Assembly (NCBI GenBank): GCA_028534125.1
Contig: CM052832.1
Span: 14,882,001 to 14,946,000 of the forward strand
Origin: Lama glama
Taxonomy: Eukaryota
Length of the DNA stretch: 64,000 nucleotides
Direction: 5' to 3'
Position 1 is the stretch's first letter; the number at the start of each line of letters is the position of its first letter. The position numbers and the translations under genes were made by a program. Positions 1 to 13,260 of this stretch are shown here, piece after piece. The notes beneath the pieces were generated by a model. That model had not been told where the DNA came from, ran no database searches, and saw nothing but the letters and a program-made list of their open reading frames with translations.

Positions 1-1620
1 ATGCATCTATTCATATATCCATCCATCAATACATCTTATTTTTAAAATATATTTCCAAATAAATTGCAGACAATAGTACTCTACCCCCTAAATACTTCAG
101 CATGTATATTATTAATTATAGATCAATATTATTTACACAAGTGAAATACACAAATCTTTAGTGTACTTTCACTGTGTTGTGACACTATGATCGTGTAACG
201 CAAACCTCAGTTAAGATTTAGAATTTTACTATCATTACAGAAACTTCTCTTATTCCTTTTCCCAGTTAATCCTCATCTCTATACCCACAAAGCAACTATT
301 GTTCTGGCTTTTTTTTCCCCCTCACCATACATTAGTTCTGCCTATTCTAGGACTTCGTATTATAGAATTATACAGTATGACTCTTGTGTAAAGGTTTTTT
401 CACTCAGCATAATGTTTTTGAGATTCATCCGTGTTGATATGTGTATCATTAGTGTGTCCCTTTGTGGATAAATAACATTCTGTTGTCTAGCTATACTGTA
501 GTTTGTCCGTCTATCCTTTTATTGATGGTCACCTGGGCTGTTGGCAATTTTTGGCCTTATGAACATTCTTATTCAAGTTTTTGTGGATATATATTTTTAA
601 TTCCCTCAGGTAAATACCTAGAAGTGGAATTATTGGGTCACAGAATAGTTATATTTTTAACTTTTTGAGGAATTTTCAAACAAGTTTCAAAAGTGGTTGT
701 ACCACTTTACATTTCTACCAACAAAGTATGTATGAGAGTTACAGTTGTTCCACATTCTCCCAACATTTGATGTTGTCAGTCTTTTTCATTTCAATATTTA
801 AAAATTTAACCATTCTGGTATAATTCATGTGGTTTAAATTTGTATTTCCCTGATGACTCACGATGATGAACACCTTTGAAGTGTTTATTGGCCATTCCTC
901 ATATCTTTTTTTGTGAAGGCTCTATTAGATCTTTCGCTCAATTTTTGAAAAATTAAACTTTATCAGTTATACTTCTGTGAAGCTGGAAAAAAAATTGAAC
1001 ACTCAAATTAAACCTTTAGAGATATTTGTAGATTTACATGCAGTTGTAAGAAATAATACAGAGACAGCCTGTGCACCTTTTCCCAGTTTCTCCCAGTGGT
1101 GTGTTGCAAAACTATATCTTGAAAGTAAAATCTTGCAAAACAATATCACAACCAGGATATTTATATTGATACAGTCAAGATAAAGAATATTTTCATCACC
1201 TCAAAGATCCCTCATGTTGCCTTTCTATAGCCATCTCCCACCTCAATACCTGCCTTAACCCTTGGCAACCAAAAATCTGTACTCCATTTCCACAATTTTG
1301 TTATTTCATAAATGTTATTTAAGTGGACCCATACAGTGTGCAACCTTTTGGTATTGGCTTTTTTCACTCAGCATAATTCTCTGGAGACCCATCCAGATTG
1401 TTTCATGTTTCAATAGTTTATTCCTTTTTATTTCTGAGTAGTATTCCATGGTATGAATGCACCACAGTTTGGTTAGCCATTCACCCACTGAAGGACATCT
1501 GAATTGATGCCAGTTTTAGGCTATTACAAGTAAAGCTGCCATAAACACATATGTACACATTTTTCAGAAAACATGAATCTTTATTTCCCTAGGATAAATG
1601 CCCAGGAGTACAATCTTCAC
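1..1620 (-). mobile_element. Old L1 (L1M-type) 3' fragments, probably more than one element
   Basis: Typical antisense L1 motifs (ttcactcagcataatgtttttgagattcatcc, taaatacctagaagtggaattattgggtca, tttccctgatgact). Boundaries approximate. Confidence 0.75.
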
Positions 1621-2125
1621 CCTTTAGTATTGTTTTTACTTCCATGTATTTTGAAGCTGTTATTAGGTGCTTACATGTTTTTAATTGTTAGGTTTTCTTG
1701 ATATGCCTCTTTGTCTCTGATGAGATATTCCACTTCTGAATGAAAAAAATCCTGGTCAGATGAGAAGGGCTAGAACCTTATAGCAGTAAATATAGTGGCA
1801 TCGAAGTAGATGAAGGCATGGGCCAAAAACTGTGACTAACCCCAGTGGAAGGGATGAGTAAACATGTTTGACTTCCTGGATCTATTAAAAAATTTCCCCT
1901 TAGGCCTGCTGTGGGACTTGAAATATATTTATTAGAGCTTTACCCTACAGGACGTTTAGAAAATTGAACTTTTTTAGTAGAATGATGTATTTGTCAGGCC
2001 ACCAATTATGTAAGGAAGGGTAGTGCCTTCTCAAGAATTATCTCCTTGCTCTCTGTTAAGTATACCATCTAGGATATATGGGCAGTGAAGGAACAAACTA
2101 CAGATGAGGTCACTTTTCTGAGAGG

Positions 2126-2608
2126 TGTGGTAGGCAGCTTCTAGTATGGCCCCCAGTGATCCTTGCCTCCTGGTTTTCATGCCTTTGTGTAACCCCCCTC
2201 CCACACTGAGTCAGCCAGACTTAAGTGATCAATAGAAAGCCATGGAACTAATAAAAGTGTGACTTTCAAGGCTAAGTCATAGAGGGCATTACAGTTCAGT
2301 CTTGGAATCTCGTAGTGTTTTCTTTGGGAGGAATCTAGCCACCATGTCATGAGGATGCTCAAGCAGCCCCATGGAAAAGTCTACAATGGAGAGGTGGACT
2401 TTCAACTGGAAGTGGATCCTCCAGCTCCAATCAAGCCTTCAGATGACTGCAGCCCCAGCCAACACCTGACTGCAACCTTATGAGAGACACCAAGCCATTC
2501 CAGGATTCTTAACCCACAGAAACCATGAGAAATAAGAAATTATTCACGTTTTAAGCCACTATTTTGTGGGGAGGGGGATTTGTTATGCAGCAATAGGTAA
2601 CTAATACA
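2126..2608 (+). mobile_element. MaLR solo LTR (MLT1F-like)
   Basis: Starts TGTGGTAGGCAG...atggcccccagtgatcc and ends gttatgcagcaataggtaactaataCA, the usual MLT1 termini. Confidence 0.8.
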
Positions 2609-4859
2609 AAAGCAAAGATCAGAAACAGAATATACTCCTGGGGTCTTGATGGCATGAACAAGGTAGTCCTGGGAGATGGCAGGAGTGAGAGGCATGTTAA
2701 AGAAGCAGGGTGGAGTAAGGATCCTGTGAAAACCAATTTTCTGTATTTTGTTTGCCATTCCATCCAGGCTCTAAAAAGTTGCTGCAGATGATCTCCAAAA
2801 TGTGTCAATCAGGAGAACACTGTGTGATCTTCATTCAGAAGTCTGGTATTAGGTGTGTCATATGGAGGTATTCCTATAGACAGGTGAGTCTCATTCCATA
2901 CTGGACAAGTGATTGAGCACTATAGTAAACAAGTTTTGGAAAGGCAACAGCTATTCTTTCATTAAGATTTTTTTTTTTTTGAGATGTGTGTGTCAGATCC
3001 TGGGGATAATTGCTAGTGAAATAAGCAAGGATGAGTTTGACACAGACTGTGACTTCAAGAAGTTTGAAATGTGAGACTGGCAAGAAAACAATGGCAATAC
3101 TATGTGACAAATAACCAGGCTAGTAGGAGGCATAGAAGCAGTTAAGGAGGGCTTCCAGGAGGAGGTGACTTTTAACCTGTGTTCTGAAGGATAAATATAA
3201 TTTGGCCTCTTTCTGGGTGGGAGGAGAGGGACAATGGAGTGTGTGAGCATCTTGGAAAACAAGCCCTCTAGACAACAGAGAAGAATGTTCAGAGACTTGG
3301 GAGGTTGTCTAGAGGTCCAAGAACTGTATAGGTAGTTCAGAACGACCAGACTATAGGGTAAGCCTGGCAGGGACCAGCTCCTGCGGGGTCTTCTGTCTCC
3401 TGGTAGAACTTGGATTTTATCTTCAAACCACTGAGCAGCAACTATAGGTTTTTAATCAAGGCCAAGACTTTTTCAGATCTGCATTTGGGAAGGATTCCTC
3501 TTGCGGGTAGATGGGGTTGAAGGGGGCTGGATGGGAGCCAGGAAGACCACAGTTCAAGAAAGAGGGAGAGTCCTAATGAAGTAATGGCAGCAGGCAAGGA
3601 GGGAAGGGGCTGGGGTTTGAGGATGTCAAGAAGGCAGAAGCATTGGAGTTTATTATCAATTGGATGGAAGGCAAGATATACCAACCACTCCCAGGTTTCT
3701 GATTTAGGCAACTGAGGAGTTACTCTTTAATGTGGTCATAGGCAACATTTCATGTATGTTTTTTCTTGTAGGACTTTCAGAAAAGTATTTAACTGGAAGA
3801 CTATGGTAATAAGTACAATTACTTTATTAATTTAAATCTAGTGTTTACCCATTATGCTCCAGGAAAGGGTGGACTCCCTTGGTTAATGTTTCCTAAGTGA
3901 AAAAAAATTATTTTCTATTAAGGCAAGGGATCTGGGAGTGATCTAGTGGGTTCTTGCAACTAAAGAGGCCCATGAAAGCTGAAGGAATTAGAAACCAACA
4001 GGAAACCTCCATCCATCTAGTCAATTAACATTTCCTGAGTTCTTATTTTGGACAAAGCCTTGTATTAGGAGGTGGAGATATCAAGGTAAATCACACAGTG
4101 CCTACCCTCAAGGAGTTGACAGTCTAATTTGCTTATTATCTTTACTCTGGGGTACTGAGACTTGGAATGTCATTTACAATTCTGCTCTCAACCTTAAGAA
4201 AGAGGAAGATAGTACAGTCTAGCTGTCTAGCCGCTAGTGTAACTGTACTCACATTTTTCTGGGAAGCCTTTGGCAACAGGTAGCAAGAGCCATAAACGTG
4301 TTCCTACTCCTCTTGATCTGCATCTGAAAATTTATCTTGAGGACCTATCTGTGTAAGGGACAAGGATTTGTATACAGGGATGTTTACTGTTGTTCTAATG
4401 AAACACAGGACACAACCTAAGCTTCCAACAATGGGGAAATGGTAAAATAATTGATGGTATATCCCTATGCTGGACTACTGGGTAGTAATTAGGAATGACA
4501 TTAAAAAAAAAAAAAAAAGAAAAACCTTAATGACATGGACAAGACCAGAAAAAAAGCAGGATACAAATCTCTACAGAATGTGCTCAAAGAGATACATAAT
4601 TTAGTTTTTTTTACTAAAAAAAAAAACCACTATGTATTTTGCAAATTTTTGACAATGCTAATGTTACAGTATTTCTACAATCAGAACTTTCAGTGTTATC
4701 TTCCTTTCTTTTAAATTAGAGATATAATAGAAGAGGAGAAAGCTAGAAAGACAACCAAAATGATCAGTATTTCGGGAATTCAGTTGCATGAAGATTGACC
4801 AAAACTAACTGAAACTGCACATTTATGTGACAAAGGTTTAGTAGAATGCAATAACATTA

Positions 4860-5324
4860 CAGGCATACCTTGGAGATATTGCTGGTTCAGTTCTAGACCA
4901 TGCAGTAAATAAAGCAAATATCTCAATAAAGCAAGTCACAGGAATTTTTTGGTTTCCTAGTGCATATGTTTACACTAAACTGTAGTCTATTAAGTGTGTA
5001 ATAGCATTACGTCTAAAAAAACAACGTATATACCTTAATTTAAAAACACTTTATTGCTAAAGAATGCCAACCATCATCTGAGCCTTCAGTAAGTTGTAGT
5101 TAGTAACATCAAAGATCACTGATCATAGGTAACCATAACAAAAGGTAATAATTAAAAAGTTTGAAATGTTGTGATAATTACCAAAATGTGACAGAGACAT
5201 GAACTAAGCAAATACGTGGGAAAATGGTGTTGGAAGAATGTTGCTCAATGCAAGGTTGCCACAGACCTTCAATTTGTAAAAAACACAATGCCTGCAAAGT
5301 GCAAAAAAGTAAAGTACATGCGTG
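4860..5324 (-). mobile_element. Tigger1-derived non-autonomous DNA transposon (internal deletion derivative)
   Basis: TA|CAGGCATACCTTGGAGATATTG left terminus, degenerate right terminus ...gtacatgcgtg|TA, TA duplications; both Tigger1 ends joined in ~465 bp. Confidence 0.85.
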
Positions 5325-6354
5325 TACTTACAATGTATTGAGTGACTACTATGTGCCAGGTGCCAAAATGCGTTTATTATTTCTATTTTACAGGGGTAAA
5401 TAAATGATATAAAATGAGATTCCAGCCTAGGTTGGTTGGTTTGTTTTTTTGACGATGCTAAATACAAGCAAATTTAAAACGGGTAATAAGTAATTCACAG
5501 ACAAATCATGTATAGGATTTTCAGCACATTCAGGGAGTTGTCATGGTACTAGGTTTGGTCTGAGAACATTCACAGGTCCCATTTTTCCCTGCTGGAGAGC
5601 ATCTGGCTGTGTATCTTTCCCTGGAGAGTCTGTTTGACATCCGCAGTATATCCTCCTCCTTCACTGCCAAACATGATAATGTCTTAAGATTTGCATCACA
5701 TCACACACACACCACACCCCTTTCTAGCCATCCTGTTTACCTAAAGAGGAAGCATGTGCTACTTTGCACCAATAAAGGAATGTAGAATAAAAACCTGTTC
5801 TAATGGACTGCATGCCCCAGCCCGAAAGACTTCCAGAGCTTCTGGATGTGAATACAATGTGCAACACCCCCGACCCGTTTCCGTGCAGTGCTTAATCCCA
5901 GGCATCTCAGGCTGTACCCTGATTAATTTGCGTTTAATTGGATCCCATTTTTACCTCCAGATCTTCCCCCTTTCTCGGCTCTCAGATGAACGCGCAGGGT
6001 CAAGGCCCGGGCGGCCTGACCTTGGTTTGTCTTCGGCTGCGCACTCGTGGCGCGACTTTAGGCAAATCCTCGCTTACCCTTCCTCTGCCGAGCGGGTCAA
6101 CCCTGCAACCGCACCCCTTTCTCCCTGGGCTTCCTCCCGCGCGCCCCAAGGTCCCCACCCCTACGCTACTGGCGTTTCAGCCGCCTTTAGTCGCGCAGCT
6201 TTCCCCTTCCAGACGCTCGTTTACGCCGCGCGGATTGGGAGGGCGCGATTCCCGAACGTGGCCTGCGTTGCGAGCGCGCGGCCGTCCCGCAGGCTGGCAG
6301 GGCCTTACGCCGCTGACGCAGCGCGCCCAACATGGCGGTGCGGTCGTCGTCGGG

Positions 6355-6425
6355 GGTGGCGGCGGCAGAGGGGGCGGCGGCCGTGGCGGCGGCGGCGACG
6401 GCGGCCGTGACGGCGGCGGCGGCGC
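6355..6425 (+). repeat. Interrupted (GGC)n tract in the presumed NUDT3 5' UTR
   Basis: Several short GGC runs separated by interruptions, seen directly. Confidence 0.8.
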
Positions 6426-6612
6426 GGAGCCTGGGCCGGGGGGAATGAGGCGGCCGCGGCGGGCCAGCGGCTGAGCCGTGTAGCGGAGAAGCGGTTCCCC
6501 CTCCCTGCTTCCCTTGGTCGAGCCGGGGGCGCGCGCGCGCGCGGCCGTCCGGAGCGGGCTCCCCACCTTCGACTCCCGCGACCCGCACGGCACCCCTACC
6601 CGGGCCCGGAGG

Positions 6613-6711
6613 ATGATGAAGCTCAAGTCGAACCAGACCCGCACCTATGACGGCGACGGCTACAAGAAGCGGGCCGCGTGCCTGTGTTTCCGCAGCGAGA
6701 GCGAGGAGGAG
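6613..6711 (+). CDS. NUDT3: NUDT3 (DIPP1) coding exon 1, 33 codons: MMKLKSNQTRTYDGDGYKKRAACLCFRSESEEE
   Basis: Translation matches the recalled DIPP1 N-terminus (MMKLKSNQTRTYDGDG distinguishes it from NUDT4/10/11). ATG at 6613, phase-0 donor GAG|gtgagg at 6711/6712, inside a CpG island. Confidence 0.97.
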
Positions 6712-9700
6712 GTGAGGCGCTGGGCCCGGCGGGCTGCGGGTCCCCGGGTTCGGTGGCCGCTTCGGGCCGAGACGCGGGGGGCGCGGCCGTCAGGGGAGGG
6801 TGTGCCCGGGTCCCAGGCTGGGCCTCTCCGCTCGGCCCGAAAAAGTTCCGACGGAATTTCTGAGGCGAAGAATAGGGGGAAGGAAAAAGGACGATGGGTG
6901 GAGGGGAAGTGGGTCTGAGCGTGGCCGTACGGCACGAGCCAGGCCGACTGGGACGCCAGTCCGCGGCCGGGGCACTTCGGAGCGGGTCGCCTATCATTGG
7001 GGAGAGTGGCCGTGGGCAGAAGGCAGTGGGTGGGGAAGAGTGTGGCTTTCGGTCTAAGCTTACCGCTTTGGATCCAGGAAGGGCCGCTCCGCACTTGTCA
7101 GCCCAGCACATGTGTGCAGAGGCCGCCGTGCACGAGGCGTGGGCCGTCCCTTTGTGGCAGAGAAAGAGTCCACTTCCTTGGCAGGTTTGAGGTTTGCCGA
7201 GGGATTATGTGCGTCTGTGAGCCCAAGGTGGGGGCTTTTAGGAAGATTTAGGGCGTTGTACAAAATCCAAAGCCAGTTGTTTATTTTACAACGCGCTGGG
7301 TAGCCCTTAGGGTGTAGGCTAAGAAGAAAGAATACTTGATGAGATCATTTTTGTGGGCTGAAAAATTTTCATTTTAATTGGGAAGGCCAAAAGCAGTATT
7401 TAAGATTCCTACACTGCCCTATAGGAAGGCCTTTAGGATTAAAATTGTTAGCAAAATAGAAATGCTTAAAATCCGTTTTTGTGGGGTTTTTTGCATAAGG
7501 TACTTTAAAAAAATCTCAGCTCCCCAAAGCCGTTTCTCTGGTGATAAAGGGAATTCAGAGAAGGCAAATGTTTTGTAAATCCTCAAAGAATAGCTGCTTT
7601 GGAAATTCATAAGATGCCTGTGGGAACGCATTTCTCTCGTGTGCATGGTGGTAAAATGGCAGTTAAACTGGAAACAATGAAGGACAGCGAAATTCAATAT
7701 GCTATATTCCGGCAGTCAGTAGTGGGCTATCGTGGCAGGGCTGCAAGTACAGTGCGTCGTGTTGAAATGGAGAGAAAAGAACTTGACCCTTTAGTTATGA
7801 AAAGAAGCTGTGATGAAAGAGACAGATGGGTTGCCAGGAGTTGCTGTCCAAAGATATTTAGGAGGAAGTGGGAATTTAAATTATTGCCTGGGAAAAAAAA
7901 AGTTAATAAAGCCCACTGTAATTGTGCTGTTGAGGGATATTGTGTGTTCCCTTTCAGCAAAACAGTAGGAAACAGGATTTGGAAATGTATACTTTGTGCC
8001 CTTGCAAATATTGTAAAAGCCTTCAAAACTGACGCATTGTTAAAGCAGTGCTAAGCAAGGCCATGCTGTAAATTATGTACTTTTTTTGGAATACATACTT
8101 GACTAAAGTAAAATTATTGATGGTGTTTACTGCTCCAGAAGCTTTGCTCTCTTCATTATCATGTCATTTATGGGAAATCAGATGGGATCACAGGCTGTTA
8201 ACTAGAGGGAAAATGAATTAGCATAATAACATACCTTACTGCAGTACTATGGTTAAATCTGTGAGCACCCCAATTATAAGAAGGGTGGATAATTTACTTG
8301 TATGAATGATACAAGACTTTGTTTAAAAAATCATATAAGAAATTGAGGACATATGACTATCTTGGATAAGTTGGAAACCCTTTATAGATCTTAAGCAAAC
8401 TAATGAAGACTTGATTTTCCATTTTCTGTTCAAGTTTTATTATGTACTGACATAAGCAGTGTTAATGTTAAAACATTTGACTGATCGTGGAGTTTCCTCT
8501 CTTGAATTTCTTTTTAAACATGGGTTAATGAGCAGAAGATTCATGCAGATCTTTAATTACAGATTCAGTAGCTGCTACAGCTAAAGCCCTAGGAAGAATA
8601 AGAAAATTAATGAAATGGGTGCATTTCAGATTTAAGCTATGTATTAAGAGCCTACTCTAGGTGAGGCATTCTGTAATGTGGGGTTTAAAGCTAAACATCT
8701 CTCCCTGCCCCAAAAACTTGAGTAGTTTTTGATTAGAATCCTTAATTGGGAGGGATTTGGGGATCACAGAATAATCTCTAGGGTGCCATTCAACTCTCAG
8801 ATTATATAATTGTGTTGGAAGGGAAGTAATTTGTTAGTTCCAGGAGAACTTTTATGTTCTCAATAGTAGTGCCAAAAACTGAAAGTATTAGCTGCCGCAC
8901 ATTGTGGGAATGTGAAATTCAAACTCAATAGGACATTCAGCCCAACTTTATTTTTTAATGGGCACTAATGGCTTTAATCAAAATAGAATAGTTTACAGAA
9001 TATTATTAGCATTAATACAATAATAATGTAAGTATAACTTGGACCCTGATTTGTAAGTATAATTAACCAATGTCAGGAAACATACATACAATGTAAAGAA
9101 AAACAGATGGAAAATATTAGCAGATAATGGACCATGACTCAAACCTTCTAACATTCCTTTTTTTTAAGCCCCAGAAAATTTTATTTATAGGCCAGCAGTG
9201 ATAGCAGCTGAAATACTGATCCAGGTTAGGATGTGTGAACATATTCAGCAAGTTTACTGGGCAAGTCTATTGAGCACTCACTGAGTGTCAGGTTCTGTGA
9301 TACAATTACAAAGGAGACAGACGTGCAGGGAGCTTATCGGCTAGTGGGACAGACCCAATGATGAAAATGAGTTCTCTTTCCTTCAAACCTCTGGCTGCTT
9401 TTCCTGTTGATAAACAAGAATCAGTAGCAGGAAAGTCCCCCCACTTAGATGTTTTACTAATTGTTACTGACGTTTTGATAAATTAAAATCTTTAAGCTTG
9501 GGGTGCTCATGGTAGCTAACATGACTTGATGTAACAGCTTGATGTACAGTGGGCAGTCTCTTGCCCAGCCTCTGCTCTAACAAACATGATGCACTGCATG
9601 CTTGCTGTTACTCTGTATGTTGCTGGGTCTGACAGGCCCCCACCCATGTGGCCTCTCAACCAATCAAGTGTTTACAAAGAGTCAGTTGTATTTATCTGTG

Positions 9701-9769
9701 TATCTGTTTATGTTCATTGTACTTACTATTGTAATTATACAGTATAACTGAATATGACGTCAGCTGTTG

Positions 9770-10110
9770 ACGTTTGATTTTAAAAAGAATGATTTTGTGA
9801 GAAGTATTTCAGATGCTTTGGAATAACTCGATAATTTCAAGTTACTAAAAGAAATTGTTCAATTATATGGATAAGCAAACTACAAAAGATGGAGAGGGAA
9901 TCTTAGAAGTCTAGAAGGACTCTGCACATAGATTACTTCATGAATGTTTTCAGATTTTTGTTTTTCTTCATAGGAATTAGAACTAGAAAATACAAGTCAT
10001 GCATGGTAGGTGTGGTATATGAAAGACAACTTGCAGTTCAGCAATAGACCCACATTCAAGACATCATGGATCTACTAACAAAGATTAGCAAATAAATATA
10101 CATTTATGTT
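9770..10110 (+). mobile_element. Possible highly decayed Tigger/pogo-type transposase relic
   Basis: Resembles by eye the HTH-encoding part of ancient Tigger elements; no ORF remains. Confidence 0.3.
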
Positions 10111-10177
10111 TTTATTCTACCATATCTTCCAATTAGCATTTTATCATAAACAGTATAGAAGACTGAAACATTTCTTT

Positions 10178-10303
10178 GTTTTCTTCTTGCAGGGAGGTAA
10201 TTAGGTTTAGTTATTTATTTTATTTTTAGAAGTGCTGGGGATTAAACCCAGGACCTGCTGTACACTTAGCATGCACTCTACCACTTGAGCTGTACCTTCC
10301 CCT
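10178..10303 (-). mobile_element. tRNA-derived SINE (camelid Vic-1 type)
   Basis: Reverse complement reads GGGGAAGGTACAGCTCAAGTGGTAGAGTGCATGCTAAG...GGGTTTAATCCCCAGCAC plus AT-rich linker and aattacctccc; TSD only degenerate. Confidence 0.85.
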
Positions 10304-11108
10304 CTTGAACATATTTCTTGAGTAAAATTTTGTTGTACTAAATTGGGTAATATGACGTTCATCTTTGTTGTGTAATTCACCTTGGGCCTTCCTAAAGCAC
10401 TTCCTTTTCCTGTTTCCCTCATTTCTTTCCTTTCTTGGAGCCTCTGTGATTACAGAATGCGAGTCACACTGGGGGTGGGCTTGCTTGTACTCTGCGTACC
10501 CTCCCTGGACTGGGGTTGGGGAGTGTAACACAGGCGTTTTTAGACAGTTGAAATACTCTCTTAGAAAGGCCACTGAGACAGACTATATAGCAGATATCAT
10601 CACAGTGCCGGGGAAAGTTACGCTGCTCCTGAAGGGTCTGTGTTTACTCGGAGAAAAGTGAGTACGATAGGAGTGTCTCAGTAAAATTTCCCTGTACATT
10701 AAAACTATTTTAAAAAAGAAAAGACAGAACTGCCCTTAAAGGTCTTTGTTGAGTTTTTCCATCAGGAGGCTTCTCGTTTTCTTCTCATTTTCTCAGATCC
10801 TTGAGCTCTCTAGGAGGGATGGGAAGATGATGGACATTGAAGACTCTTAGTGAGTGGAGACTCTGGTGGCCTGAGTGTCAGTAAAAATGCCCCAAAGGAG
10901 CAGGTAGAAGGACGTCACTGCAGGCCACACCTTCCCCCAGGCTCTAGAGAGGGGAGTAAGGCCCAGGTGGCAACCCCAGAGGCAGTAACCATGAAGAAGG
11001 GCTTCCAGTAGATCCCAGGCTGGCTGTGTGGCTGGGGAGTCTTTTTGTAGCCTATCTTGGTCATTGTACAGTATTACATTGCTCTAAGAGCACCATGTGT
11101 GCGTTGAT

Positions 11109-11110
<2 letters not shown>

Positions 11111-11148
<38 letters not shown>
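11111..11148. repeat. (TG)19 microsatellite
   Basis: Perfect dinucleotide run. Confidence 0.97.
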
Positions 11149-11157
<9 letters not shown>

Positions 11158-11445
11158 ATGCTTCCCCTATATAGTTAGTCACTTAGGTGTTTTCTCCCAT
11201 TATCTCCTTTTCTACTTACTTCCTGGGATGTGAATTCTGGTCTGAAATCATACTGCATTCTCCCTACTTTTTTCCCATTCCTTGCCCTAATCTTTTGCTT
11301 TTGGATGATTCTCATTTCTCAGTAAATATGTCATTGTGTATCTACTGTGTTAAGCAATCTATATTTTTCTTCAGAGCATAGTACAAAAAGGAAGGGCCCT
11401 TGTTCAACAATACATTTGTTTATTCATTCCTTCAGCACATGTTTT

Positions 11446-11562
11446 CTTGGGGAGGGGGTGATAATTGGGTTTTATTTATTTATTTTTAATGAAGGTACTG
11501 GGGATTGAACCCAGGACCTCCTGCATGCTAAGCATGCACTCTACTTGAGCTATACCCTCCCC
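11446..11562 (-). mobile_element. Vic-1-type SINE inserted into an L2 tail
   Basis: Pol III A/B boxes on the minus strand; TSD tcagcaca(t/c)gtttt at 11432-11445 and 11563-11576. Confidence 0.9.
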
Positions 11563-11639
11563 TCAGCACACGTTTTTTTTGAGAGCCCTGCTATGAACTA
11601 GTCTCTGTGCAAGATCCTGGGACTACATGGATAAATGAG

Positions 11640-13260
11640 ACTGTGCTCCCTTATAAAGCCAAACGCTCTGCCCGCTGTGCACTTGTGCCCATCCCCTCCT
11701 GCCTACGCAGCTACCTCAGCCCATTATTGTCCTGACTTTCTTGCTTCATTGCCTTTTCTTCTCTACTGTTTATTCCCAGGTCAAACAGGCTATAATATTT
11801 CCCGTCTTAAAAAAAAAAAAAGCTCCCTTGACTCCATATTCCTTCCAGCTACCATCCCATTTTCTCTCTTCCCTTTCATAGCATAGCTTTTCTTTACTCA
11901 CTGTCTCCACTTTCCCTCTTCCTATTCTCTCTTGAACTCGCTCGGTTCAGGCACTCGTCTCTACGACTTTTGCTGAAGCCATGTTCCAAGATCCAACAAG
12001 TTAGCCACATCCAGTGGGCAGTTCTCAATCCTTATGTTACCCGATCATTCCTTTCTTCTTGAAATACTTTCATCACCTTGCTTCTAGGGCATCTCTCTAG
12101 TTCTTCTCTCCCTTTGTGGTACTATTGCGGTATTCCTCATTTTCCTGACTTCTTTTCATAGCAGCACGAGGGCACAATCTTTGAAAATTGCCCCCCTCCA
12201 TCCCAAACACACACTCATACAGTAGGTGATCTTAATAGTTCCATCTCTAAATATGTACAGTATTTTTACTGATTACTTTTGAATATCTGTTTTTAGCCCT
12301 GACTTCTCTCTTGAAATCAAAACTAGACTATCCTGTGGTCTGCTCAGTATTTCCATTTGGATATCTGATAGGCATCTCAAACTTAAAAATGCCCAAACTG
12401 AATTCTTAATTCCATCCCAAAGAACAAACAGCAGCAGAAACCTGCTTCTCTTAAAGTTATCCCTCTTTTAGTAAATGATATCTCCATATTACCAGTTGCT
12501 CATGTTAGAAACCTTGGAATCATCCTTGACTTCTCCCCTTCTTATACCTACATCTAATATGACAGCAAATCTTGAATAACCTTATTCAACCTTCGCTGTG
12601 CTATTTTATCCTAACCCATTCTTGCCTTTCACCTGGATTATTGCTGTATCTTCCTAACTGGTCTCCCTGCTTCTGCCGTTACTCCTCCAGTCTTCACTGC
12701 TACAGCTGATAGTGATTCTCTCTAACACGGAAGCCAGATCGTGTCACTCCTCTGCTCCAGTGGTGTTCAGTTTCAGTAAATCCAAAGTCTTAACTATGAT
12801 CTCTAAGGCTCTGGACAATTTGGTCCCCTGCCATAGCTCTGACCTCATCTCTTACCACTCTCCCTGTTACTCATCCCTCTCTTCCAGCACACTGGCTCTG
12901 TGCTGTTTCTCCTCCATATTATCTGCATGGCTCACTCCCTCACTTCAGGTCTTTGTTTAATTTTCACCTTATCAGACAGGTCTTTAATGATCACCCTTAT
13001 ATAAAATAACCCCAGTCCATTGTCTGTTACTGTCCACTGTTTGTCTTTTGTGCTCTTTTCCTTGACAGCACATACTACCGTCAAGACGTATTATGTATCC
13101 ATTTGTTTATTTTTTGTTTTCTCTCAACTGAATGCAAGCTAGTCCACGAGAATAGGGATTTTTCTCACTTTTATCAGTTTTTTTCACTCCTGTGTCCTCA
13201 ATGCTTAGAATTTAGTAAATGCTTAATATTATTTATTGACTGTGCAAATGACTGAATGAA
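11640..13260 (+). mobile_element. L2 LINE fragment
   Basis: Pyrimidine-rich L2 motifs (ggcatctcaaactta, aaccttggaatcatccttgact, cacctggattattgc) ending in tgactgaatgaa. Boundaries approximate. Confidence 0.75.

Larger units (their letters stand above)
6030..7150 (+). promoter_or_regulatory. CpG-island promoter / 5' UTR / start of intron 1 of NUDT3
   Basis: Abrupt GC- and CpG-rich block in an AT-rich background. Inverted CCAAT (ATTGG 6234-6238), CRE-like TGACGCA (6314-6320), YY1-like CAACATGGCGG (6328-6338). No TATA box seen. TSS cannot be fixed from sequence. Confidence 0.88.

Noticed and set aside
6712..6918. ORF continuing past exon 1 (VRRWARR...)
   Set aside because: Reads through a canonical donor into GC-rich intron; no evidence for an intron-retained product.
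5754..7111. Long overlapping ORFs on both strands (218, 178, 155, 162 aa etc.)
   Set aside because: Low-complexity R/G/P/A products expected from stop-poor CpG-island DNA; only 6613-6711 matches a known protein.
7599..8054. 151-aa ORF in intron 1
   Set aside because: Non-ATG start in the track, no recognisable domain, no convincing splice sites.
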